Source: the human T2T-CHM13v2.0 reference genome, Homo sapiens. From it: a stretch of 64,000 nt of DNA. Under the pieces are notes generated by a model. It did not search any database and was not told the DNA's origin. It saw only the letters and a list, made by a program, of their open reading frames with translations. The DNA is taken from the NCBI RefSeq assembly GCF_009914755.1, contig NC_060926.1; one strand, written 5' to 3'. Position 1 is the stretch's first letter; each line of letters begins with the position of its first letter. A program made the position numbers and the translations under genes. Positions 15,101 through 27,453 of this stretch are shown in pieces.

Positions 15101-15509
15101 ACTACAGAGATGAGGTCTCTCTCTACATATATATGTATGAATTTGCCATACATAGCCAATTATGTAGACTATAGAGACAGAGGTCTCAGATTACCAAGAA
15201 AAGAAAGGACCAAGAAAAAGATTGTATCTTTGATGTTTGTAATGCTGACACCAATTTGCCATTACATGATTAGTGTATATATATACACACACACACACAC
15301 AAATCATATATACATCTAATATATATTTATATATAAACTAATCTCATATATACACATTATATATATTTTGTATGTATATATAAACTAATCATATAATGGC
15401 AAATTGGTGTCAGCATTTAGAAACATCAAAGAAAAAATATATAATCTTTTTCTTGGTCCTTTATTTTCTTGGTAATCTGAGACCTCTGTCTCTGTAGTCT
15501 ACGTAATTG
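14985..15509. repeat. Complex local duplication: ~65-bp direct repeat plus ~130-bp inverted repeat, with (TA)n/(GA)n/(CA)n tracts
   Basis: Direct copies at 14985-15050 and 15119-15186. Segment 15157-~15285 is reverse-complementary to ~15373-15509. Confidence 0.9.
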
Positions 15510-16343
15510 TCTCTCTTGAGAATATTGAAAACCCACAAGTTTTACTTTGCTCCTAAATGTCAAGAAGGCATAGCCTAAATGTCAATAAGCATCAAAAGTC
15601 TTTCTGAATGAGATAGTGCCAGCATTCATCACTGTTCCTTCTCAGAACCTGAAGCCTACTCTTTCCAATTACCCTCATATAGGGAAGCCCCAATACACTG
15701 GCCCCTCCATACCCCTTTTATCTCCTTCTGGCAGGTCTCTTAGGCAGTTGCTCCATTGGCAACAGCTCCCAGCAATGATGGCTGCATTACTACTCCCATC
15801 CTCATACCTTCAGTGACCTTTGGGGTGTTTGCAGCAGCTTTCCCTCTAATTAAGAGCTTGCAAGCCTCCGTGTGCTTGGGAAACACAGCTGCAAACCACT
15901 GGAGAGAATTCCAGCAGGAAGTACTCATCCCCCGCTCCCATTGTCTAATACCAGCTGAGGTGTACATTACACTCAAGAAATTTTATTCTTTCAGATGTAT
16001 AATGACCTCTCATTTTACGTCAGGCTCTGGGTTTAAAAAGAGACAGACAGAAAATAGAGAATAAAAGAAAAAAATCCCACCATCTCTGTCTTTAAAGAGA
16101 TCAGAATCAGATGTGACATAGAAATATGTAAAGAGAATATTGCTTTAGACTGTGTTAAGTGCTTGACAAAGGGAGACAATAGAATCACTAAGGTGTCTTA
16201 GAAAAAACACCCTCGACATGTTCTAACACCACCCAAAGTATACTTATGTATGCTCCAATTCGTTTAGCTTTAAAGTTGCCCAAAACCACAAACTGAATAA
16301 CCTCAAGGAGAGCATTCAGATAGTTCAGAGCATTCATTCCCAT

Positions 16344-16771
16344 AGTCATCCAAAAAGTATCTGAGACAAGTCTCACTCAGTTTAGAAGTCTATTATTCCA
16401 AGGATAAGTACATGCCCAGAAGAAATAAAAACGGAATCACAGAAACTGTGGTCTGTGCCTTTCTACAAAGATAATTTTGAGGGCCTCAGTAAAGGGAAAA
16501 GTGGGCTGGAGGGGAAAGAGGAAGGGTATGGTAACCCACATGGTGCAAGAGAGAAGGAGCAGGTAAGGGAATAATCAATTATGTATTCCTCTCATGCTCA
16601 GTAAATCAGCACTTTACATAAAATAAGGTGAACGTAGAGTAGGATTTAACCTTTTATCTGTAGCTATCTGCTTAAGAAAAACAGGAAAGGCAGCTTCTAG
16701 TATGACTCAGCTTTCAGCTTTTTCCTTTTGGCCTAGTAAATTGAGGTCCCAGTTTTTATTTTCCTTTCACA
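16344..16771 (-). mobile_element. ERV1 MER4-group solo LTR (MER4A/C-like)
   Basis: aagtatctgagacaagtctc start, ttttattttcctttcaca end (minus-strand tgtgaaaggaaaataaa), flanks ccat/ccac. Confidence 0.8.
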
Positions 16772-17256
16772 CCACTGAAGTTGAGAAGCTGTCATTTCCC
16801 CCTGCCATCTATTTGCATAACTAGAGGGCATAACAATGGTGCCAGATTCTTTGCCAGTTTCCCCCAAGGAGTAACTGACTAGCTATGTAAATCACATTGC
16901 TGGAAGCCTTCTGGAACTTAAACAAAGAGTAACTTGAGTTACATATTAATTTTAAAAAATGTAAAGGCTCTCCTTCTTGTGAAATAAACATAGCTCAAGA
17001 AGGCCTATACAAATTGTGATAGCTTGGCCATCTTCAGCATCTTCACCATCGCTGTTCAGGAATCCAGGGTTTTTATTGAAAGACAAGCATCAGCTTGCTT
17101 CTGTCCAGCCTCTTCTCTCCAACTACCCATTCTGTGACTCTTTTCCCACAGGACATTCCCTTCATATTTTCCTTTAGAGTAGCAATAGTTATAAGCTACT
17201 ACACTTTTTTAAAATATTAGGGTATGGCTTGAAATCAGTGGGTAATAAAATTCTAA

Positions 17257-17969
17257 TGATAAAGTCAGGAGCCACGGAAATACTGGTAGAAGAGGCACTT
17301 CCCCAGCAGAGGCCTCACCCTCAAGCCTGGAGACCATGGCCCTAAATGAGAACAGTTATCCCTGTTTTCCTGCGTAAATGTTGTTTTTTCCAAAACCACC
17401 CTGGCTCACCATGACTGCTCCCCCCACCAAATCCTGTACCCATAAAAACCCCAAACTCCTCTGGCAGAGGAGCAGAGTGGCATGGCAGAAAAGGAGAGAA
17501 GAAGCATCTGAACATCAAAGAGGCAGCTGGACAGTCAGAGAGGATTTCAGCTGGGACAGCCAAGCTCCAGGGGAAAATTAGCTACCTACTCCATCCCCTT
17601 TCCAGTTCCTCATCCCACTGAGATCCCACCTCCATCACTCAATTCACCATCCTTTAAGTCCCTGTGACCTCATTCTTCCTGTATGCCAGACAAGGACCTC
17701 CTAGGTGCCAAGAGGGCAAGTTGTAAAAGACTGTCACCTGACTCCACACTGAGCTTGTTAACATTTGGCCATCCATGGAAGGCAACTGCTGAAAGAGCAC
17801 TAATTGTAACATACCCCTAGATGCTACCATGGGTCTGGAGCCCAAAAGCATTCACCCTGGCCCCAGCACACACTCGCCTGCATGCTCCCCCTCCCACAAG
17901 CAGCTGAGTAAGTGAAGCACACCCAGGTCGCAAATCCTCTGAAGGGGTCCAGGGAGCTCTCCCATCTCC
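17257..17969 (+). mobile_element. MER50-like ERV1 solo LTR
   Basis: tgataaagtcaggagcc...ggaaatactggtagaagagg...caccctcaagcctgg...ccctaaatgagaacagttatccc. Perfect 4-bp TSD ctaa/ctaa. Confidence 0.82.
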
Positions 17970-18239
17970 CTAATTCTGTGTTAGCCTAATTTGCACAAGT
18001 TGATAAATAAATGAATATATCTTGATGAATTCATTTCACTGTTTAGCTTATCCTTGGATCCATACCAGAGTTTTTAAATCACTACGTAAACATGTTTACT
18101 CTAATTTCATTCTGATTCCAAGTTAAAGATACTCATTTTTAATTCAATGAGTTCCTTGATTGTTGTGCACACTTTTCTCATGATACCCATTTTTTGATTC
18201 AGAACACTCCCTTATTGGATTTCTTATCTTCAAAATTAA

Positions 18240-18597
18240 TGTCACAGGTGCGACTAGCTGGGGCTCGTCATGGGTGGTAAAGGAATTTACCACGACAGTC
18301 ATAGGTAAAGAAAGGCAGATTTATTAGAGAAGGTATGAAGATACCTTGCAAGAAAGCAATGGGCATTACAACAGAGAAGAGGCTGTCTGCAGAGAGGCAA
18401 GGGGTGGAGGGAAGTTTTATGGGGTTGTGCTGGAGGGGGCCACATGCTGACCGAAGCCATGCTGCTGGGGCTATGTGTGGAAGGAGGTCACTGTGTCCAC
18501 AGGTTACTTGTGATTAACATTTCTCAGAACAATTATTCATTATTCTTCCCCACCTGGGGCCCTTTCTTTGTTGTTGCTTACTTATCAAGGCTCCACA
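18240..18597 (-). mobile_element. ERV1 solo LTR (MER83/MER61-like)
   Basis: TG...CA termini; ggtggtaaaggaatttacc...aaaggcagatttattagag...cttacttatcaaggctccaca. Confidence 0.7.
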
Positions 18598-18906
18598 TTT
18601 AACCTTTCTGGAATCTCCCAAGTATATTCATGGCATCCAGTTCTCTAGCATTAGCCCACCTGAGTGGCATGGAGAAGTGTTGTCTCTACCAGGGCCTGTT
18701 GTCTCCTCTGTTTGTATATATTGACACAAATACAGTCATTCAGTAGCTCTAGGACAACGGGGTTTTTCCAAGTTATTTGTTGTGTAAAGGTTTTTTGTAA
18801 TGATCGCCTTCTCTATGCACTTACATTTTAAAATATTTGGTAAAAGATATATTTGAAATCTATCATTAGGTAAATTACCTTAATTTTAGGTAATTTATCA
18901 GAAGGT

Positions 18907-19499
18907 TGTGAACTCAAAAGTATCTGAGACAGGTCCCAGTCAATTTAGAAAGTTTATCTTGCCAAGGTTAAGAACATACCCATGACACAGCCTCAGGAGC
19001 TCCTGATGACATGTGCCCAAGGTGGTCAGGGTACAGCTTGCTTTTATACATTTTAGGGAGACATAATACATCAGTAAATACATACCAGATTTACATTGGT
19101 TTAATCTGGAAGGGAAAGACAACTCGAAGCTGAAAGCCTGGGGAGGAGAGGGCTGGGCTTCCAGGTCATAGGTAGATTTGAAAATATTTTTGGTAACTGG
19201 TTGAAAGAGTTATTATCAATAGAAAGGAATGGCTGGGTTCCAGTAAGGGGCTGTGGACACCAAGGTTTTATCACGCAGATGAAGCCTCCAAGTAGCAGGC
19301 TTCAGAGGGAATAGAATGTAAATATTTCTTATCAGACTTATGGTCTGTGTTGATGTTAATGTTGGAAAGCATAATGAAGTATGTCCATCCCCTCTTCCAT
19401 CATGGCTTGAACTAGCTTCTCAGGTTAACTCTGGAATGCCCTTGGCCAAGAGGAGGGGTCCATTCAGATGGGGCCTTAGAATTTTAGCTGTGGTTTACA
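18907..19499 (-). mobile_element. ERV1 MER4-group solo LTR (MER4B/D-like)
   Basis: tgtgaactcaaaagtatctgagacagg...gacacagcctcaggag...ggggtccattcagatgg...ggtttaca. Confidence 0.82.
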
Positions 19500-21921
19500 A
19501 AATTGAGGCTCAAATATTTTCTACCATCTGAATTTTTCTCGTTTCTGTTCCTGTTTGGTGCTCAACTAAAATGTGAGCATTTAGAATTGATTTTCAGGTG
19601 GCTAGCTTCCTGGATGGAATTTTGTGTGGATATATATATATATATGAATAATCATATTCATTTTTTGATATCTTATATTAACTATAAGAGCCATAGGATT
19701 AAAATAAGTTGGAACAGTATTCTGGTTTTGTCCTGCAGAAAACGTAAGCTTTGGTTCTGGTTGCCGTGTGACATGATTTCTACTAAATTTCACTGAAGCT
19801 CCACTTGAAGATTGTGTCTTTTTCCTTTTTATTTGTGTTGATTTTCATTTTCTATTGTTTCATGTTTTAATAGTGAGGAGTTGCTATTCTCATTGAACTA
19901 TACTATACTGATATAAATAAATGAAGCTTAATACATTGCATAAAATAGTAGATAGCTATATTAAATAATTTTTGGAAAGGAATTGTGACCTGTAGAACTT
20001 ACTGACTTTAAGTACAGCATGAACATAATATGCAAATAATGCTTAGTTCCTACTCATAACCAGAGAGTTGGGAGGAAAGGAAAAATAAAGAGTGAGAAGG
20101 ATTTTTGAAGGCCGTGGCAAATTTAGTCTGCATGAAAAGCAGAACTTTCAGAATAGAAATTCACTCTGAAAAGAGGCATTTACAGAGATAGTGGAGGCCC
20201 CTCTTATAGAAATATTTACTGTTGTTTTTAACTTAGCACCTAAGTATGCTTTTGAATCATAACACTTGAATGAGTTCTGGAAAGTTAAATGCTCCAAGAC
20301 TGTGGCAAAAAAACCTACCAGCTTTCATCTTCCTCCTTTCCATTCCCAACTTTCTCTAGTACTATTCAAAAACTCCCTAATTAGGAATTCCTTTGGGAAA
20401 TTCCAATATCAGAGTTAACTAGCCAACCTATTATTGCTAATCATTTATTCCTACCCTCTATATAAAGATGACCAGCATGTGTGCACACACACACACCCAG
20501 ACACACATCTCCCTATACCGTTTTCTTTTTTTCGTTCATTTTCTTTAAATTTCCCATTATACTTTTTAAAAAGTAATATTGTCCAAATTTATAGCACTGT
20601 AGTTCTTGGATTGTTTCTTATTACTTTTGCATCAAGCAAGGAATGATATTCAGAACACTTAAAGTTCTGATTGGTATGGTATAGAAGCTGCATTTCCCAC
20701 AGTCACAAAGAAGGTCATACTCCATGTTAATACCAGGTAGTATCCATCATTAGCCTATTAGAAGGTACTGATAGTCACCTGGAATTCACCTACCATAATG
20801 ATAGTGGCACTGGCAAAGGCATTGTCTCATCCACTGGAGTCTGGGCCAGTCCCTAGCAGTGAACATTCACAGGCTGATATTCGCAGACACCTCTCATGAA
20901 CTCAAGGGCTGCAACCATGGTTGGTTAGTCAGGTGGCTTAGGACAAAGACTTTTTATGTACCTTAACTATTTTATTATTTTAATAATTAATAAGAGCGTA
21001 TCAATGCATACCATCTATATATCAGCCCCGGGTATAGTGACAAATATCTTATCTTGTATAAGTACTATTTTTCATACCAAATTTGCTAATTATTAAGAGT
21101 CTTCACAGTTCACAGGATTTAATCTTGGTGAAAAAGGAATAAACTAAATAATAACAATAATAGTCCAAAATCAATTTGATACCAAATCAATCAATAAAGT
21201 GATCAGAGCTTTAATGCTACTAGGAAAATACTTCAGCTTTACCATTTTATGTTTCATTTCAATAGGCAATTAATCAAAGTTAGGAAAGAGTGAGCTAGCT
21301 TTTCTCCTGGAAATTTCAGCACAGGCCCTATGTATCATATTATTTCACTAATTAGAAAAAATTTTAGTTTTGTGTTAGTGAAGATGGCAAAGACAAAACA
21401 CACACGATATTTCTTGTTAATTGAGAATGATTTTGAACATATTCTCAACTACTATTTTGCCCAAGATACTTCATTCTAAAAGATGTCATTTCTGAATAAA
21501 GAGCACATGCAATAAAATTGCATCAGAAACAGAATCCCTCACATAATATTCTTACAAATTTAACATCACTTTAGAGAATAGCTATTGACTTTTGTAAGAC
21601 TTTATTATTTGTTCATTCATTTATTTTTTTATTCAACAATTATTTGGGTTCATACTGTGTGAGAGAAGACAGTAAGATTAGAAAATTGTTACAAGAGAGA
21701 TATACAAACAGGGCAGTAGAATAAGAGAGAAGAGAAAGATGGTTAAAGAATCTTCACTCAAAGTTATCTGGTGATCAAAATCTGAGCTTGCTAGGCAAAT
21801 GGAGGAGAGAAAGCACATCCCCAGGAAAGGGAAAAGTTTATGTAAATAGAGAGAAGTCTATATGGGGTATCTGAACAAGGGGCACTAGCAGATCATACAG
21901 ATCTTTAGTCATACCCAGGAG

Positions 21922-22064
21922 GGCTGGGTATGGTGGTTTATACCTGCAATACCAGCACGCTGGGAGGCCGAGGCATAAGGATGGCTTGAGCCCAGGAGTT
22001 CAAGACCAGCCTGAGCAACGTAGTGAGAACTCATCTACAAAAACTTAAAAAATAAAAAATAAAT
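21922..22064 (+). mobile_element. FLAM_C / free left Alu monomer
   Basis: ggctgggtatggtgg...ggatggcttgagcccaggagttcaagacc...A-rich tail; single monomer. Confidence 0.85.
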
Positions 22065-22069
22065 AGCTA

Positions 22070-22766
22070 TGTCACCAGAAAAGGGCTCCCAATCCAAGAG
22101 ACCCCAAGAGAGGGTTCTTGGATCTCTCACAAGAAAGGATTCAAGGTGAGTCCATAAAGTAAAGTGAAAGCAAGTTTATTAAGAAAGTAAAAGAATAAAA
22201 GAATGTCTACTCCATAGGCAGAGCAGCCCCGAGGACTGCTGGTTGCCCATTTTTATGGTTATTATATTTCTTGTTATATACTAAACAAGGTGTGGATTAT
22301 TCATGATTTTTCTGGGACGGGGTTGGGCAATTCCCAGAACCGAGGGTTCCTCCCCTTTTTAGACCATATAGGGTAACTTCCTGATGTTTTCATGGCATTT
22401 GTAAACTGTCCTAGCACTGGTGGGAGTGTCTTTTAGCATGCTAATGTATTAGCTTATAATTAGCTTATAATGCTAATAATTAGCTTATAATGAGCTTATA
22501 ATGCTAATAATTAGCTTATAATGAGCAGTGAGGATGACCAGAGGTCACTCTTGTCATCATCTTGGTTTTGGTGGGATTTGGCCAGCTTCTTTACTCAACC
22601 AGTTTTATCAGCAAGGTCTTTATGACCTGTATCTTGTGCTGACCTCCTATCTCATCCTGTGACTTAGAATGCCTAACTTACTAGGAATGCAGCCCAGCAG
22701 GTCTCAGCCTTATTTTACCCAGGCCCTACTCAAGATGGAGTTGCTCTGATTCAAACACCTCTGATA
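22070..22766 (-). mobile_element. MER41 (MER41B-like) ERV1 solo LTR
   Basis: gaccccaagagagggttcttggatctc...aaagtgaaagcaagtttattaag...caagatggagttgctctgattcaaacacctctgata (MER41 5' end on the minus strand). Confidence 0.9.
22331..22339. promoter_or_regulatory. GAS (STAT1) motif TTCCCAGAA within MER41
   Basis: Matches TTCN3GAA at the MER41B tandem-GAS position. The neighbouring copy is degenerate (TTCTGGGAC, 22310-22318). Confidence 0.55.
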
Positions 22767-24089
22767 ACCATACCAAGGACTATGAGTTGCATTCTGAAAT
22801 TAATGGGGGCTCTGTGAACAAAGGCAGTGAGTCTTATAATCAAATGTATGATTTATAATGTTTCTGGGAGGAAGGCAGGCTGGAAATAATCAGAATGGCC
22901 TGAAAATGATTGCAAGTTTTGGATTGACTATAAAGTAAGGTGGCATGGTGGCTGAACAATGCTGTGCTGGTTGTGTCAATATGAGTGTGAGCTGTGTCAG
23001 TATGAGTGTGATTGTATCAACATGAGTGTGAGCACCTGTGGGTAATTTTAAATAAAATGTGTTGAAAAATACTTGATTTTTATTGAAAAATTGCATAAAG
23101 TAGCTACTCAAGTATAGAGTGTTTGCTTTCACATATGCATATCATGTTACCTACATGAGGCAAAACAATGAAAATAACTGGATGGCTGTAGAAAGGTTTT
23201 GGAGAACCATTAGATTTTTTTAATGTTTAAGATGCTGCCATCTAGTGACACTTTTGTGAAATCACTTTGCAGTGATATTCATGTTTGTATCTTCCAGTTC
23301 TTTTCTCAATACATTTTATATTTTAATAATTTATATTGTCTACCAACCAATGGGGAAATAATTACAAATGCATTAAACATAGTGTAGAAGTCATACTTGA
23401 TTTTTCAACGTGGTACCACAAATGTGGCCACAAGGATTTTCATAATGGGATATTGTACATAAAGGTTTGTGGTTTCTTCAGTGTGCCATTCTTTATAAGT
23501 AATTGATAATGAAAGTGCTGCTTTTTCTATTTCTTGAGTTTTCTTAGAAAAATTGAGTTGTAAAAACAAATCTGTGAAAATCTGAGCTGTAAAAATTGCT
23601 TCATAAAAGTTGCTTTAATTGGAAATGTTGAAGAGAAGAAAAGAGAGTTTCAAATTTAGAATAATTAACTTTTTTCCCCATATGGAATTTCAGTATTATA
23701 AGTATATCTTAAAATATAAACAAATAAATGTGTGTGGAGGGGTGTGTGTGTGTCTGTTAAAGCTAAACATTAGTCTCCAAACCTAGGTTGTGATGACCTG
23801 ATGACTTCTAAGTTTTGATGAAGATTAATTATATTCATGTCCTATTACTCCTTAAACTTATATTACAATGGAGCACTTGTCTTATTTTCATGGTACGTAT
23901 TGCTCATTTTCTTTGGTGAGGAACAAAGAATAAATTAATCTCCCTTCCTCCCTCAAAATACAGTTATATTGTGCTGATATATTGTCCTTTTGTGAGATAC
24001 TAACTCCAGTCATACTATAGTGAATGAGGTTTTAATTAATTAACTTTTCAGTATATTGAGGTTTCTTTATGCAAACCAATCCTATAGGG

Positions 24090-24288
24090 TAGAGGTAAGC
24101 ACATCTTTCCGTAAAGAACCAAGTAGCAAATATTTTAGGCTTTGTGGGCCATATGGTCCCTGTTGCAACAACTCATTTCTGCTGCTGTAGCGTAAAAGCA
24201 GCCATGGACAATATTTAAACAAATGAGACTGGCCGTGATCCAAAATTAAATTTACAGAAACAGACTATAGTTTGCATGTCTCTTCTCT
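24090..24288 (+). mobile_element. MER58A hAT-Charlie MITE
   Basis: aaatattttaggctttgtgggccatatggtccctgttgcaacaactc...aaagcagccatggacaata. Confidence 0.8.
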
Positions 24289-25239
24289 AGGGAAAACACC
24301 TGTATTTGTAATTTGGGGTTCTTTTTTTCTTAGGAAGTGTTAGAACACTTCTAAAATTTATTTAAGTATTTACTTCAAAAACTTTAATTCCATTGAGAGT
24401 TGTGTGCCTTCAGTGTTCCAAAAAATCTAGTTTGGAGCAGGTATGTGCACTTGGTAAACTAATCGTACACATAGTAAACTACACTTGGTAAACCAGTCAT
24501 ACACAAACCCAGAGGTAAAATGTTTTGCAAAGTTCTATCACCTGCATTTAGCCAGTTTTTAAATTCATGTTCATGTACAAAGTTGTCTTAATGTGGAATG
24601 AATCTTTATATTTTCTCAGTAAACATTGCAACATTTTGATATGCAGTAAGTTAAATGACTTTGATCATCAGCAAATAAATTAGAAACTTCCTACTTGGGT
24701 ACAATTTGGATAATATGTATTCATTGTTCCAGTTTGTGCTTCTGGGAATTTAGTGGAAACAGAGACTTGCTTTTTTAACATTGTGAATTCCACTAGGCAG
24801 ACACACAAAACACTTAAAACCTCATGACAAGTAAATAACTAAAACAGAATGGAGTCAGATCAGAAGAGACTCTTAGGGTACAAAGTCAATGTGTATGAAG
24901 GAGACAGTAGAGTTAATATTAAACTTTGAAATTCTCTCCCAAACAACTTCATTCTTCCTCTTTATTTTTGGATAAGAATACTTTTTAAAAATTAAGCACC
25001 ATATAAAACAGCTGGCTCACATTGAGGATCTGTACTGTATCAAAGTATGCATATTTTGCTTACCAAATAGTATTAAGCAAGGATTGTTACTCTTATTCTA
25101 ACATGAGAACTAGAAGAACTCACGCAGTAACTGATCCAAGCCTCCATCTTGTGATCCTTTGGTATCTTGTACTCTTTAAGAGGAATGGCAGGGGTAATTC
25201 CTAAGACCAAGTAAAGGATGTCTTGGTTTTTGGGAGCTG

Positions 25240-25770
25240 AGTATATCAATTCACTCTTCCCTTAAAATGCTGTGTAACAAATCATCTTGAAACTTGTTGT
25301 CTTAAAACAATAACCATTGATTTTATGGATCACCTTGGCATCAGAGCATCAAGGTAGGACTTGGCTGGAGGGGTTCTGCAAGTCTCAGCTGAGCTCATTC
25401 ATGTTTCTGTGGCAAACTGCAAGGGGTGAGGAGGGCATGGAGGAGCAGCTGATCCAGATTGAGTTCAGGTGAGGATGATTATGCTCCACATTTCTTTTAT
25501 CTTCCATCTGGGCCAGCAGTTTGGCCCAAGCAAGTCCTTCTCATAGAGATGGCAGAGAGCAAGAGGGAGCAAGCTTAGTCACTCAAGTACTTTTCTGAGA
25601 CTATTTTTATTACATGTGCTAACATTCTGTTGGTCTAAACAAGTCACATGGCTGATCCCAGTGGCTGAAACTTACACCTTACCCACAGTGGAGGAACTAG
25701 AACTTACATGGCAAATAACATGGGCGCAAGAGAGGGCAGAGAAGCAGAACCATTGATAGAATTTATAACA
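25240..25770 (-). mobile_element. Old MLT1-family MaLR LTR
   Basis: gctgtgtaacaaatcatc...cttaaaacaataaccatt...caagtcacatggctga; approximate. Confidence 0.65.
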
Positions 25771-25868
25771 GTGTATATACTTGAACTGATTAAATATGCA
25801 CATGATGTGGGATTAAATGCTAAACAAGAAAACTATTGACTCTTTCATATTACTAGGATACACTTAAG

Positions 25869-27220
25869 CAGCAGTTCAGAAACTTTTTAGAAAAGGAAAC
25901 CTTTTACACTCTTAAAAACCACTGAGGGTCTTAGGAGATTTGACATTGGCTCTATATCTGTATTTACTGTATTTGCAATTAAAACAAAATTTTAAAATGT
26001 ATTTATTTGTTTTAGAATAACAACAAATGCATTACATATTAACATAAGCAAAATATTGTTATACAAACTATGTTTTCTTTAAAAAACAGTAGCATTGTTT
26101 ATATATGGCAAATCGTATTAGCACCTGACTTAATAAAAGACAGCTGGTTTTTTATACCTGCATTCAATCTCTTTTTTTCTCTTTTTGAATCTTACAAAGA
26201 AAATAGGCACTCATGAAGATATGTAATCAGAAAAGGCAGGAGTAGTTGAATAGCCTTTCCGTCAATTTTGTGTATTCTTTGATACTGCATCAGAATTTGA
26301 CAAGTGAGAACTTTTTAGGAGTTCTGGTATGGAATTTGAAGCTGAATCACTGAACTTTCTGTACTTTATTATATTAAAATTCATTGACTGAACTTGCATT
26401 TTGAATAGATCCTTTATCAATGCACAATATGTAACATCGAGCATTGGCCATTCAGAAAATATTGGTTCATTGAATTATGTGTATTTTCCAAATATTGACA
26501 TATTTAATCATATAATAATTAGAAATTATGTATTACTACTATATTCATCAGAATTATCTCAATAATGGGAGCTAGTCATACTCATGGAAGTGGATACAAG
26601 TTTTTCAATATTCTAATTTCCCCTGGAAACTCTAATTTTATCATTGGCAGCAAATATTATAAGTTGTTTTATTGAAGTGACACTCCATTTTCAAAAGAAT
26701 ATCTGTTAAATACATCACACATGTGAATCGTCATTGTTTGTCAGTTGCTCTTTCATGCAGAAATGGTTGTCCATGATATAAAAGTGGCAGGTTCAGCTTG
26801 CCACTCAAATAATTGCATAAATACATTGCTTTAAGATAGCCATCCTACATCAGAATGTGGTCAAGGGTTTTATGTGTACTTCCCACACTCAACATTAAAA
26901 ATATAGAATTAAGATATTGAGATTTAATGAAAATTGATCATTTTTACAGTTTTCACAAGGATATTTTCACATGAAACTTTCCCATGCCCCCAGGTGAAAG
27001 GCTGGAACCAATGTAATGACTACTAGTACAGTTCGGTACCGCTGCCTTGGCTCCTGCTAAGGTGGCAGCTGTTTTACCCATCACTGCTTTTGCATTATCA
27101 ATGCAAGTGTCAATTCAGCAAAAAAGGCAAAGAATGTCTTAGCATGATGACAATTGCTTTGATCTGGTGGGCCTTCTGAAAGGGTCCTGGGAATTATGGA
27201 TCATACTTTGTGAACCATTG
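25869..27220 (-). mobile_element. Charlie1a-like hAT DNA transposon relic
   Basis: Termini cagcagttc / gaaccattg; internal aatgactactagtacagtt...gctgccttgg...gttttacccatcactgcttttgca. Confidence 0.8.
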
Positions 27221-27342
27221 CGTCAAAGAGCAAACCATAATTTATGGTACAGAAGTTTGTCAAATGTTTTCTTAAAAATATTTGTACTTATTATTTCTAA
27301 TCATGAAGCAAACTTAAAGCTTATTATTGTGTTCTTCCCTAG

Positions 27343-27453
<111 letters not shown>

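Noticed and set aside
15616-16064. Cluster of overlapping ORFs in higher-GC unique-looking sequence
   Set aside because: No recognisable protein similarity, splice structure, or poly(A)/TSD of a processed pseudogene. BLAST/Dfam would be needed.
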